39,356 bases of DNA from Shigella phage SFP21B: sequence record OQ031073; one strand, given 5' to 3'. The position numbers and the translations under genes were made by a program. Position 1 is the stretch's first letter. Each line of letters opens with the position of its first letter. Of this stretch, positions 31,457 to 39,356 are shown one piece after another. The notes beneath the pieces were generated by a model. It was not told the DNA's origin, made no database searches, and saw only the letters and a list, made by a program, of their open reading frames with translations.

Positions 31457-33628
31457 ATGATTGACTTACAGAACATCTGGGGTTCGGACATTGAGACCAA
31501 CGGTCTTCTTGATACCGTCTCTCAGTTCCACTGTGGGGTCCTGATTAACGCCGAGTCGAATGAGACCCTGAAGTATGGGGTAGCTCCGATGGTAGGTATC
31601 GTCGGTGGCTTCAAAGAGTATGTGCAGAAGGTCGAAGAGATTGCAGCCACACCGCATGGGCTTCTGGTCTTCCACAACGGGATTAACTACGACGTCCCGG
31701 CTATTGACATTCTGAAGCGTAAGTATTTCGGCAAACGTTTCAACTTCCCGAAACACAAGATGATTGACACGCTGGTCATGGGCCGATTGATGTGCCCGAA
31801 CATTAAGTTCTCGGACATCGGGGCCGTGAAAGCTGGTCGTCTTCCGCCGAAGATGATGGGCCGACAGTCGCTTGAAGCGTGGGGCTATCGTCTCGGTGAG
31901 ATGAAGGGTGAGTATAAGACGGACTACATTGCCAAGTGCAAGGCTGACGGTATCGAATATAAGGCCGGGGACGAGTGGTTGTTCCCAAGCCAAGAGATGC
32001 TGGACTATAACGTCCAAGACGTTGTGGTCACTCTGGCCCTGTTCAAGAAGTTCCTGACCGATAAGTTCTACTTTGGGTCCCCTGAAGCAGGACTTGAGGC
32101 TGTTTACGCATTGCGTCTCGAACACGATGCTGCATGGACCTGTGCGAAGATGGAACGTAACGGCTACCCGATGAACTCGGAGATAGTCGAAGGCTTGTAT
32201 CGTGAGCTGTCTGTCAAACGTGCTGAGCTTCTGGATAAGCTGAGGTCGACGTTCGGTAGCTGGTATTCACCGAAAGGTGGCAAGGAGTTCTTCAGGCACC
32301 CACGAACCGGGGCAGACCTGCCGAAATACCCGCGAGTCATCTACCCAAAGGTAGGGGCAATCTTCAAGAAGCCGAAGAACAAAGCTCAGCGCTTAGGTCT
32401 GGAGCCTTGCGAACGAGACTCACGAGATACGATGGAAGGCGCACCGTTCACACCGATTACCTTCGTTGAGTTCAATCCGGGGAGTGGCGACCACTTAGCT
32501 AAGGTTCTGATGGACCGTGGCTGGGAGCCTACTGAGTTCACGGATACAGGGAAGCCTAAGTGTGATGACGAAGTGCTGGAGAACGTACATCTGGCTGACC
32601 CTGAGGCACAGGCTTGCGTAGAGCTGGTCCGTGAGTATCTGGTGGTACAGAAGCGCATTGGTCAGGCGGCTGAAGGTAAGAACGCATGGCTGCGACTGGT
32701 GGGTCCTGACGGAAGGATGCACGGGTCGATTAACCCTTGTGGTGCTGTAACCGGACGTGCGACCCATAGTTCACCGAACATGGCTCAGGTCCCGGCTAAC
32801 GGTGCTCCTTGGGGTGAAATCTGCCGTAGTGCTTTCGGTGCTCAGTGGAACAAGAACTACGGCAAGGACGAACCGTGGATTCAAGTTGGGGTCGATGCCT
32901 CAGGCCTTGAACTCCGTTGTCTGGGGAACCGTGCGTCCCCGTTCGATGGTGGTGAATATGCGAAGACTGTGGTCGAGGGAGACATCCACTGGGCTAATGC
33001 GGTCAACGCCGGGTTAGCACCTAACGTCCCACGCGACAAGTCTAACCACGACCACGATGCTTTCCGTAACAACGCCAAGACGTTCATCTATGCGTTCCTT
33101 TATGGTGCAGGGGCCTCGAAGATTGGGCTGATAGTTGGCGGTGGTAAGAAGGAAGGTTCCGCCCTGATGAAGAAATTCATTGAGGGTACACCAGCTATCA
33201 AGGACCTGCGAGAGGCGGTGCAGAACACGCTCATCTCCGAGTCCAAGTGGGTAGACGGTGAGAACATCGTGAAGTGGAAACGCCGCTGGCTTAAAGGTCT
33301 GGACGGTAGACGCATCCACATCCGGTCTCCGCACTCAGCACTTAACGCCTTACTTCAGGGCGATGGTGCGGTAGTATGTAAGCACTGGATTGTCGAGACT
33401 GAACGTATGCTCGAAGATGCCGGGTATGTCCACGGCTGGGAAGGAGACTTTGCGTACATGGCATGGGTCCACGACGAATTGCAGATTGCGTGTCGTACTC
33501 AGGAGATTGCCGAAGAAGTCGTCAAGATTGCTCAACTTGCTATGCGCAAGGTGGGTGAGTTCTATAACTTTAAATGTGTCCTTGATACCGAAGGTAAGAT
33601 TGGACCAACGTGGAAGGAGTGTCACTAA
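31457..33628 (+). CDS. 5: DNA polymerase (gp5), family A with 3'-5' exonuclease
   Basis: 723 aa; T7 gp5-like (exo motif DIETNGLL, FHCGV, LVFHNGINYDVPA, LEAWGYRLGEMKGEYK, YNVQDVVVT, GAVTGRATHS, DASGLELRC, KTFIYAFLYGAG, FAYMAWVHDE). Confidence 0.97.
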   Translation: MIDLQNIWGSDIETNGLLDTVSQFHCGVLINAESNETLKYGVAPMVGIVGGFKEYVQKVEEIAATPHGLLVFHNGINYDVPAIDILKRKYFGKRFNFPKHKMIDTLVMGRLMCPNIKFSDIGAVKAGRLPPKMMGRQSLEAWGYRLGEMKGEYKTDYIAKCKADGIEYKAGDEWLFPSQEMLDYNVQDVVVTLALFKKFLTDKFYFGSPEAGLEAVYALRLEHDAAWTCAKMERNGYPMNSEIVEGLYRELSVKRAELLDKLRSTFGSWYSPKGGKEFFRHPRTGADLPKYPRVIYPKVGAIFKKPKNKAQRLGLEPCERDSRDTMEGAPFTPITFVEFNPGSGDHLAKVLMDRGWEPTEFTDTGKPKCDDEVLENVHLADPEAQACVELVREYLVVQKRIGQAAEGKNAWLRLVGPDGRMHGSINPCGAVTGRATHSSPNMAQVPANGAPWGEICRSAFGAQWNKNYGKDEPWIQVGVDASGLELRCLGNRASPFDGGEYAKTVVEGDIHWANAVNAGLAPNVPRDKSNHDHDAFRNNAKTFIYAFLYGAGASKIGLIVGGGKKEGSALMKKFIEGTPAIKDLREAVQNTLISESKWVDGENIVKWKRRWLKGLDGRRIHIRSPHSALNALLQGDGAVVCKHWIVETERMLEDAGYVHGWEGDFAYMAWVHDELQIACRTQEIAEEVVKIAQLAMRKVGEFYNFKCVLDTEGKIGPTWKECH

Positions 33629-33918
33629 TGGCTATGACCAAACGTATGCGAGTTTCGTTCTCGCTGGGTGCTGTACTGTCCACCGAAGATGTGGAGAACT
33701 TCAAGAAGACTCTCTGCGAGCTGAGCCGTAAGGTCCTCAACGGTGAGAAGACAACTGGCTTTGAGCGTAAGATGGTTGAAGTTGGCGTGACTGAAGGTCT
33801 GGAAGCTGTAGTTGAGCTGGTCTTCAAGAAAGGTATCGTCGACGGGCTGAAAGAAGACCTGCGGCATTACGCTGACCAGCCGAGCTTCGGTGACTTCCGG
33901 GTGGAGTTCAAACGATGA
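33628..33918 (+). CDS. 5.5: gp5.5-like protein (H-NS binding family)
   Basis: MAMTKRMRVSF start resembles T7 gp5.5; TAATG overlap with polymerase stop. Confidence 0.8.
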   Translation: MAMTKRMRVSFSLGAVLSTEDVENFKKTLCELSRKVLNGEKTTGFERKMVEVGVTEGLEAVVELVFKKGIVDGLKEDLRHYADQPSFGDFRVEFKR

Positions 33919-34124
33919 GTGAATACCTGCGGGTCCTTGCGGCCCTCAAGTCCTGCCCGAAGACCTTTCAGTCAAACTATGTGCGCAATAATGCTGCACT
34001 GGTGGCTGAGGCGGCGAGTCGTGGACATCTGAGCTGCCTGTCTATGGACGGGCGTAACAACGGTGCGTGGGAGATTACCGCTGCTGGCACCAAGTTCCTG
34101 AACCAACACGGAGGCTGTCTATGA
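33915..34124 (+). CDS. 5.7: gp5.7-like protein
   Basis: 69 aa; close to T7 gp5.7 (LKSCPKTFQSNYVRNNA.LVAEAASRGH.SCLS, GAWEITA.GT.FL). Confidence 0.85.
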   Translation: MSEYLRVLAALKSCPKTFQSNYVRNNAALVAEAASRGHLSCLSMDGRNNGAWEITAAGTKFLNQHGGCL

Positions 34125-34453
34125 GCTTACTTGAAACTTTACAATCACTGCTGCGCGAGAACCCTTGGTCAGACGAGCTGCCAGACGAGTGGGAAATCCT
34201 TGAGGATGGAGACTGGTGTGACAACCATAAGTCCGAGGCCAAAGAGGACATCGTTAAGCACCTGCCTTCAGGTAAAATCTTCCGCGTGTCTCTGGGTCGA
34301 ACTGGGGACTACTGGCAGGGCTACGAGACCGAGTTCTATGATGCTGAAGAGGTTGAACCTTATGAAGCGGTCGTGGTTCTGTACCGTCCTGTGAAACTTC
34401 TGGATGTCACCATCCCGGCAATGAGTAAAGCCAAGGCGGTGAGCAATGGGTGA
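34121..34453 (+). CDS. acidic hypothetical protein in gene 5.9 position
   Basis: 110 aa from ATG overlapping 5.7 stop (ATGA); acidic (DELPDEWEILEDGDW); functional equivalence to T7 gp5.9 not established. Confidence 0.5.
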   Translation: MSLLETLQSLLRENPWSDELPDEWEILEDGDWCDNHKSEAKEDIVKHLPSGKIFRVSLGRTGDYWQGYETEFYDAEEVEPYEAVVVLYRPVKLLDVTIPAMSKAKAVSNG

Positions 34454-35312
34454 TAAGAAGATTGCTCTGGTTCTTGACGGAGACTATCTGGTCTTCTCTT
34501 CTATGGCTGCTGCCGAGGACGAGACTGACTGGGGTGATGATATTTATACCCTTATCTGCGACCACGCCAAGGCTCGTCGTATCCTTGAGAACACCATCGC
34601 TGAAATCGTCAAGAAGCGCAAGGCGTGGAAAGACGCTAAGATTGTGATGTGCTTCACCGATGACGATAACTGGCGCAAAGATGTACTGCCCACCTATAAG
34701 GCCAACCGTAAAGGTTCCCGTAAGCCTGTGGGATACAAGAAGTTCGTAGCCGAAGTAATGGCTGACCCACGGTTCAACAGCTTCCTGCGTCCTACGCTTG
34801 AGGGCGATGACTGTATGGGCATCATCGGGACACGACCTCAGATTGTGGGTTGTGACCGTGCGGTGCTGGTGTCCTGTGATAAGGACTTCAAGACCATCCC
34901 GAACTGTGAGTTCTACTGGTTGACCACTGGTGAAATCCTGAGTCATACGACTGCCGAGGCAGACTACTGGCACATGGAGCAGACCATTAAGGGCGACACT
35001 ACAGATGGCTACGGCGGGATTCCGGGGATGGGTGAGGACACCACTCGTGCGTTCCTTGACGAGCCGTACTACTTCGTGCAGGAGAGCCGCGAGCTTAAGA
35101 CTGGCAAGAACAAAGGCCAGATTAAGACTGAGTGGAAGAAGTATCCTAAGCGCGAAGACCAGACGCTATGGGACTGCATGGTGACTCTGGCTGCTAAAGC
35201 TGGGATGACCGAACAGGAACTACTGGTCCAAGCTCAGGTCGCTCGCATCTGTCGGGCATCTGACTACGACCCTAAGTCGAAGGAGGTCATTCTGTGGACT
35301 CCCTACATGTAA
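34446..35312 (+). CDS. 6: 5'-3' exonuclease (gp6)
   Basis: 288 aa; T7 gp6-like (LDGDYLVF, CDHAKAR.ILE, YKANRK, KKPVGY, LEGDD.MG.I, SCDKDFKTIPNC, TIKGD.TDGY.GI.G, TLWDC). Confidence 0.95.
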   Translation: MGDKKIALVLDGDYLVFSSMAAAEDETDWGDDIYTLICDHAKARRILENTIAEIVKKRKAWKDAKIVMCFTDDDNWRKDVLPTYKANRKGSRKPVGYKKFVAEVMADPRFNSFLRPTLEGDDCMGIIGTRPQIVGCDRAVLVSCDKDFKTIPNCEFYWLTTGEILSHTTAEADYWHMEQTIKGDTTDGYGGIPGMGEDTTRAFLDEPYYFVQESRELKTGKNKGQIKTEWKKYPKREDQTLWDCMVTLAAKAGMTEQELLVQAQVARICRASDYDPKSKEVILWTPYM

Positions 35313-35433
35313 TCTATTGGGCCGGACTTCTGGCCCTTTACGTGATGTACACAATCAGTGGGTCTAACCGACCTAAGCACTGAGTCTAACCAATAGTCTT
35401 ATCCTATCAGTCCATAATCATCCATAGGTGAAT

Positions 35434-35456
35434 AATAAACCCTCACTATAGGGATT
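35434..35456 (+). promoter_or_regulatory. phage RNAP promoter (phi6.5-like), AATAAACCCTCACTATAGGGATT
   Basis: consensus match. Confidence 0.85.
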
Positions 35457-35517
35457 TTGGACCAAAGATAAGACTATAAGATAGACTTTAGTCATAACTT
35501 TAAGAGGAGACTCTAAG

Positions 35518-35790
35518 ATGGGCCTGAAAGCCATTGATGATATTGTTAACCAGCAACTCGATGAGAGACTTAAGGTCCCTGCATTCTCCGAGTCCGCTAT
35601 CCAATTCCTTCACGTTCTGTTCAATGAGCGGTACGTCTCCCGTTGTGGGACCATCCGTGACCTGAAGGCTGCTGGCTACAGTGATGCCTACATTGCCGGG
35701 TTCATCGCTGGTCTGGGCTATGCCTCTGAGTCTGTGGACTCTGCGCTGGCTAAGCGTCAGAACCTGAAGGATAACATCCAGTTCGACTAA
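35518..35790 (+). CDS. gp6.5-like protein
   Basis: 90 aa; SD AAGAGGAG; assigned by synteny. Confidence 0.6.
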   Translation: MGLKAIDDIVNQQLDERLKVPAFSESAIQFLHVLFNERYVSRCGTIRDLKAAGYSDAYIAGFIAGLGYASESVDSALAKRQNLKDNIQFD

Positions 35791-35799
35791 GGAGGGACT

Positions 35800-36024
35800 A
35801 TGTGTTTCAGTCCGAAGATTAGCACTCCGAAGCCATCGACCGCCGCACCTGAGCCTGCACCTCTGAGCGAGGAAGTAGCCAGTGTCGACATCGGGGCCGA
35901 GGCTGACGCAGACACCAACGAGACCAAAGGCATTTCAGACCTGAAGGTCAAGAAGGGTTCTGCACCGAAAGATAAATCGTCCGTGAGCCGCGCTATGCGA
36001 GCTTCCGGCGTGAACATGGGGTAA
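35800..36024 (+). CDS. 6.7: gp6.7-like virion protein
   Basis: 74 aa; MCFSPKI.TPK ... EPAPL..EV.SV resembles T7 gp6.7; SD AAGGAGGG. Confidence 0.8.
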   Translation: MCFSPKISTPKPSTAAPEPAPLSEEVASVDIGAEADADTNETKGISDLKVKKGSAPKDKSSVSRAMRASGVNMG

Positions 36025-36028
36025 GACT

Positions 36029-36430
36029 ATGCTCCACTACCGAAACTCAAGCGACGGTCGCCGCATGGCTGCTGAGCGCCTCTGGGAAGACGGACAGTCT
36101 GACTTCGCCTCCTTCTCTGAGTTCAAACAGCATACCTTCCGTATGGCTGATGAGCTTGAGGGTGAGGAGTACACAATCTACGATGATGAGTGTAAGCCTG
36201 TAGCCTACCTCTACATGCTGGCTTCATCGTCTTGGCACCGAAAGACTCCCGGTCTTGACCTTTCCATTCTCGCTATCCGTAGTGACTCGCAGTCCTCCCG
36301 CAAGGTTCTTGAGACTGTCAGACACATTATTGACGGAGAGTGCAGACGATGGGGTCTAAACTGGTGGTCCCGTGTCAAGCACAATGGGCCAGTAGACATC
36401 GTTATAACCAAGGAGATTAACCGTGGGTAA
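36029..36430 (+). CDS. gp7-like protein (host-range/virion protein position)
   Basis: 133 aa, same length and position as T7 gp7; not independently recognised. Confidence 0.6.
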   Translation: MLHYRNSSDGRRMAAERLWEDGQSDFASFSEFKQHTFRMADELEGEEYTIYDDECKPVAYLYMLASSSWHRKTPGLDLSILAIRSDSQSSRKVLETVRHIIDGECRRWGLNWWSRVKHNGPVDIVITKEINRG

Positions 36431-36674
36431 ATCCATTAGCAAAGCCTTTAAGAAAGTTGTCGGAGGCGCTCTGAATACCGTGGGTCTGGGACCATCCGCT
36501 CCTCAGCCTAAAGCTGCTGACACTCAGGTAGCTGCTGCTCCGGTAGAAGTGCCTCAGGACCAAGTGACTGACGTTGAGACCGATGTGACCGAGACCGATA
36601 AGAAGAAGGTCAAGGCGACTGGTAAGCGTGGACTTCAGGTCTCTCGTACCTCCGGTGGCGGTATCTCAATTTAA
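36423..36674 (+). CDS. 7.3: tail assembly protein (gp7.3)
   Basis: 83 aa; T7 gp7.3-like (MGK basic start, EVPQ, VSRTSGGGISI C-terminus); GTG start with SD AAGGAGA 8 nt upstream. Confidence 0.8.
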   Translation: MGKSISKAFKKVVGGALNTVGLGPSAPQPKAADTQVAAAPVEVPQDQVTDVETDVTETDKKKVKATGKRGLQVSRTSGGGISI

Positions 36675-36688
36675 GCAGGAGGTGACAA

Positions 36689-38257
36689 ATGGCTGAACGT
36701 GAAGGCTTCGCTGCTGAAGGAGCCAAAGCGGTCTATGACCGACTGAAGAACGGACGACAGCCGTATGAGACCCGTGCTCAGAACTGCGCTGCTGTCACCA
36801 TCCCGTCACTGTTCCCGAAAGAGTCTGACAACTCCTCAACCGAGTATACGACTCCGTGGCAGGCTGTGGGTGCTCGCTGCCTGAACAACCTCGCTGCTAA
36901 ACTGATGCTGGCCCTGTTCCCTCAAGCCCCGTGGATGAGACTCACCGTCTCTGAATACGAGGCCAAGACCCTGAGTCAAGACTCTGAGGCCGCTGCTCGT
37001 GTGGATGAGGGGCTGGCTATGGTCGAGCGTGTTCTGATGGCCTACATGGAGACTAACAGTTTCCGTGTCCCACTGTTCGAGGCTCTGAAGCAACTTATCG
37101 TCTCAGGCAACTGTCTGCTGTACATTCCTGAACCTGAGCAGGGGACCTACAGTCCTATGCGCATGTATCGTCTGGTCTCATATGTGGTCCAGCGCGATGC
37201 GTTTGGTAACGTGCTACAGATTGTCACCCTCGACAAGGTTGCGTACAGCGCACTCCCGGAAGACGTTAAGTCACAGCTCAACGCTGATGACTACGAGCCG
37301 GACACTGAGCTGGAAGTTTACACGCACATCTATCGTCAGGACGACGAGTACCTGCGTTATGAGGAAGTGGAAGGAGTAGAGGTTAAGGGGACCGATGGTT
37401 CCTACCCGCTTACCGCCTGTCCTTACATCCCGGTACGAATGGTTCGACTGGACGGTGAAGACTATGGTCGTTCTTACTGCGAGGAGTATCTGGGCGACCT
37501 GAACTCGCTGGAGACGATTACAGAAGCTATCACCAAAATGGCTAAGGTAGCCTCCAAAGTGGTGGGTCTCGTTAACCCGAACGGCATCACGCAACCTCGA
37601 CGTCTGAACAAGGCGGCTACAGGTGAGTTCGTGGCTGGTCGCGTAGAGGACATCAACTTCTTGCAACTGACGAAAGGTCAGGACTTTACGATTGCCAAGT
37701 CGGTGGCTGACGCTATCGAGCAACGTTTAGGCTGGGCCTTCCTTCTTAATAGTGCTGTTCAGCGTAATGCTGAGCGAGTGACTGCTGAAGAGATTCGTTA
37801 TGTTGCTGGAGAACTGGAGGCGACCTTAGGTGGCGTGTACTCCGTGCAGTCTCAGGAGATGCAGTTACCTCTGGTCCGTGTGCTGCTGAACCAGCTTCAG
37901 TCTGCTGGCATGATTCCTGACCTTCCGAAAGAAGCAGTAGAGCCTACGGTCTCCACTGGTCTGGAAGCTCTGGGTCGTGGTCAGGACTTGGAGAAGCTGA
38001 CTCAGGCGGTTAACATGATGACTGGACTTCAGCCTCTGGCTCAGGACCCGGACATCAACTTACCGACCCTTAAGCTGCGACTCCTTAACGCTCTGGGCAT
38101 CGACACCGCTGGTCTGCTCCTGACGCAAGACGAGAAGATTCAGCGTATGGCTGAGCAGTCGTCTCAACAGGCAGTCGTACAAGGCGCTGGTGCTGCTGGT
38201 GCCAATATGGGCGCTGCTGTGGGTCAGGGCGCTGGCGAGGATATGGCTCAGGCTTAA
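36689..38257 (+). CDS. 8: head-to-tail connector / portal protein (gp8)
   Basis: 522 aa; highly similar to T7 gp8 (YETRAQNCA, IPSLFPK, TPWQAVGARCLNNLAAKLMLALFP, YRLVSYVVQRDAFGNVLQ, RLDGEDYGRSY, VTAEEIRYVAGELE, LPLVRVLL). Confidence 0.97.
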   Translation: MAEREGFAAEGAKAVYDRLKNGRQPYETRAQNCAAVTIPSLFPKESDNSSTEYTTPWQAVGARCLNNLAAKLMLALFPQAPWMRLTVSEYEAKTLSQDSEAAARVDEGLAMVERVLMAYMETNSFRVPLFEALKQLIVSGNCLLYIPEPEQGTYSPMRMYRLVSYVVQRDAFGNVLQIVTLDKVAYSALPEDVKSQLNADDYEPDTELEVYTHIYRQDDEYLRYEEVEGVEVKGTDGSYPLTACPYIPVRMVRLDGEDYGRSYCEEYLGDLNSLETITEAITKMAKVASKVVGLVNPNGITQPRRLNKAATGEFVAGRVEDINFLQLTKGQDFTIAKSVADAIEQRLGWAFLLNSAVQRNAERVTAEEIRYVAGELEATLGGVYSVQSQEMQLPLVRVLLNQLQSAGMIPDLPKEAVEPTVSTGLEALGRGQDLEKLTQAVNMMTGLQPLAQDPDINLPTLKLRLLNALGIDTAGLLLTQDEKIQRMAEQSSQQAVVQGAGAAGANMGAAVGQGAGEDMAQA

Positions 38258-38274
38258 ACCCTCACTATAGGAAC
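38252..38274 (+). promoter_or_regulatory. phage RNAP promoter (phi9-like), GCTTAAACCCTCACTATAGGAAC
   Basis: consensus match; transcript would begin with an 11-bp inverted repeat hairpin (TAGGAACAACG/CGTTGTTCCTA, 38268-38319). Confidence 0.85.
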
Positions 38275-38345
38275 AACGTCTGGTCTACAATTTGTAGGTT
38301 TCTAGTCCCGTTGTTCCTATCAACAACCATCAAAGGAGAGACTTA

Positions 38346-39230
38346 ATGTCCCAATCAGTTTATGCCGAGTTCGGCGTTAGTCCTAATGCAATCACTGGTT
38401 CCGTTGAGGACCTGAACGAACACCAACAGTCTATGCTGGAGAAGGACGTAGCTGTCCGTGATGGCGATGATGCCATTACCTTCAAGCAACTGGAAGCCGA
38501 GCAACAGGAAGAGGCGACCGAAGAAGGCGAGAACGTCGAAGAGGCTGAAGGCGAAGAAACCGAAGGCAACGACGATGAGTCCGATACCGAAGGCGATGAC
38601 CAAGAGTTCGTTGAGCTGGGCGAAACCCCGAAAGAGCTGACCGAAAGTGTAACCGCTCTTGACGAGAATGAAGCTGCGTTCGACGACATGGTGTCTGCTG
38701 CTGTAGAAGCTGGTAAGGTCACTGCTGATGACATAACCACTATCAAGGCTGAGTACGCCTCTAAAGGTGAACTGTCCGAGGCATCCTACGCTAAGCTGGC
38801 TGAAGCTGGATACACCAAGCGTTTCGTCGATTCGTTCGTCCGTGGTCAGGAAGCTCTGGCTGAGCAGTATGCTGCGGGTGTGGTTCGCTACGCTGGTGGT
38901 GCTGAGCAGTTCAACCGCATCCTGTCTCACCTTGAGTCCAACGATAAGTCAACCAAGGAAGCCCTTGAGTCTGCAATCATCCGTAAGGACCTTGCGACCG
39001 CTAAGGCCATCCTGAATCTGGCTGGTCGTAACCTCGGCAAGACCCGTGGCGTTGCACCTCAGCGCACCCTGACGACCCAAGGTAAGCCAGCAGTCGCTGC
39101 ACCGAAGGTCCAGACCGAAGGCTTCAGCTCCAAGGCTGACATGATTAAGGCCATGAGCGACCCGCGCTATCTGCGTGATGCTGCTTACACCAACTCTGTC
39201 CGCACGAAGGTTGCTGCTTCCAACTTCTAA
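38346..39230 (+). CDS. 9: capsid assembly (scaffolding) protein (gp9)
   Basis: 294 aa; T7 gp9-like (VYAEFGV, ARDGDDAI, acidic middle, SYAKLAEAGYTKRFVDSFVRGQEAL, DLATAKAILNLAG, MIKAMSDPRY, SNF end). Confidence 0.93.
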   Translation: MSQSVYAEFGVSPNAITGSVEDLNEHQQSMLEKDVAVRDGDDAITFKQLEAEQQEEATEEGENVEEAEGEETEGNDDESDTEGDDQEFVELGETPKELTESVTALDENEAAFDDMVSAAVEAGKVTADDITTIKAEYASKGELSEASYAKLAEAGYTKRFVDSFVRGQEALAEQYAAGVVRYAGGAEQFNRILSHLESNDKSTKEALESAIIRKDLATAKAILNLAGRNLGKTRGVAPQRTLTTQGKPAVAAPKVQTEGFSSKADMIKAMSDPRYLRDAAYTNSVRTKVAASNF

Positions 39231-39251
39231 TATACCCTCACTATAGGGAGA
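39229..39251 (+). promoter_or_regulatory. phage RNAP promoter (phi10-like, strongest consensus), AATATACCCTCACTATAGGGAGA
   Basis: only site with full ...TATAGGGAGA initiation region; its leader runs to the window end and joins the capsid ATG at position 1. Confidence 0.9.
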
Positions 39252-39356
39252 CCAAGAGTTACGACTCAAGGTTTCCCTGTAACTTCAGTCCATACGGATT
39301 GGGCACAACGAAGTCACTAAACTTTATTTCTTTCATTCGAATAGGAGAATTATCAT

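Noticed and set aside
31466-32125. 219-aa minus-strand ORF inside the DNA polymerase gene
   Set aside because: Antisense to gp5; no promoter or ribosome-binding context; all phage promoters point in the + direction
34407-34973. 188-aa minus-strand ORF overlapping the exonuclease gene
   Set aside because: Antisense to gp6 with no expression signals
38355-38930. 191-aa minus-strand ORF and a 128-aa S-rich ORF antisense to the scaffolding gene
   Set aside because: Low-complexity antisense translations of the acidic scaffold region

Overview
The window reads as a complete, circularly permuted genome of a lytic T7/T3-like podophage (Autographiviridae-type), with every credible gene on the + strand. 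It is cut at the major capsid start codon: position 1 is the gene 10 ATG and the last ~110 bp are the gene 10 leader behind its promoter. Gene order is canonical: capsid (with a T7-type -1 frameshift site and terminator), tail tube 11/12, internal virion proteins 13-16, tail fiber 17, holin, small terminase, Rz/Rz1, large terminase and gp19.5; then a ~1.15 kb non-coding terminal region with the inferred physical genome end, short repeats and host sigma70-type promoters; then early genes (T3-type SAM lyase 0.3, kinase 0.7, RNA polymerase) and the DNA metabolism block (ligase, gp2, SSB, endonuclease I, lysozyme, primase-helicase, DNA polymerase, exonuclease), ending with portal and scaffold. Twelve phage-RNAP promoters share the core CCTCACTATAGG, with three variants. 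The most notable features are a tail fiber carrying a clear SGNH/GDSL esterase domain, a gp16 N-terminus that does not look like the T7 transglycosylase module, a phage promoter directly upstream of the RNAP gene, and several small uncharacterised early ORFs. All homology calls are from reading the translations against remembered T7/T3 proteins; no searches were run. No tRNA, CRISPR, integrase or transposase was seen.
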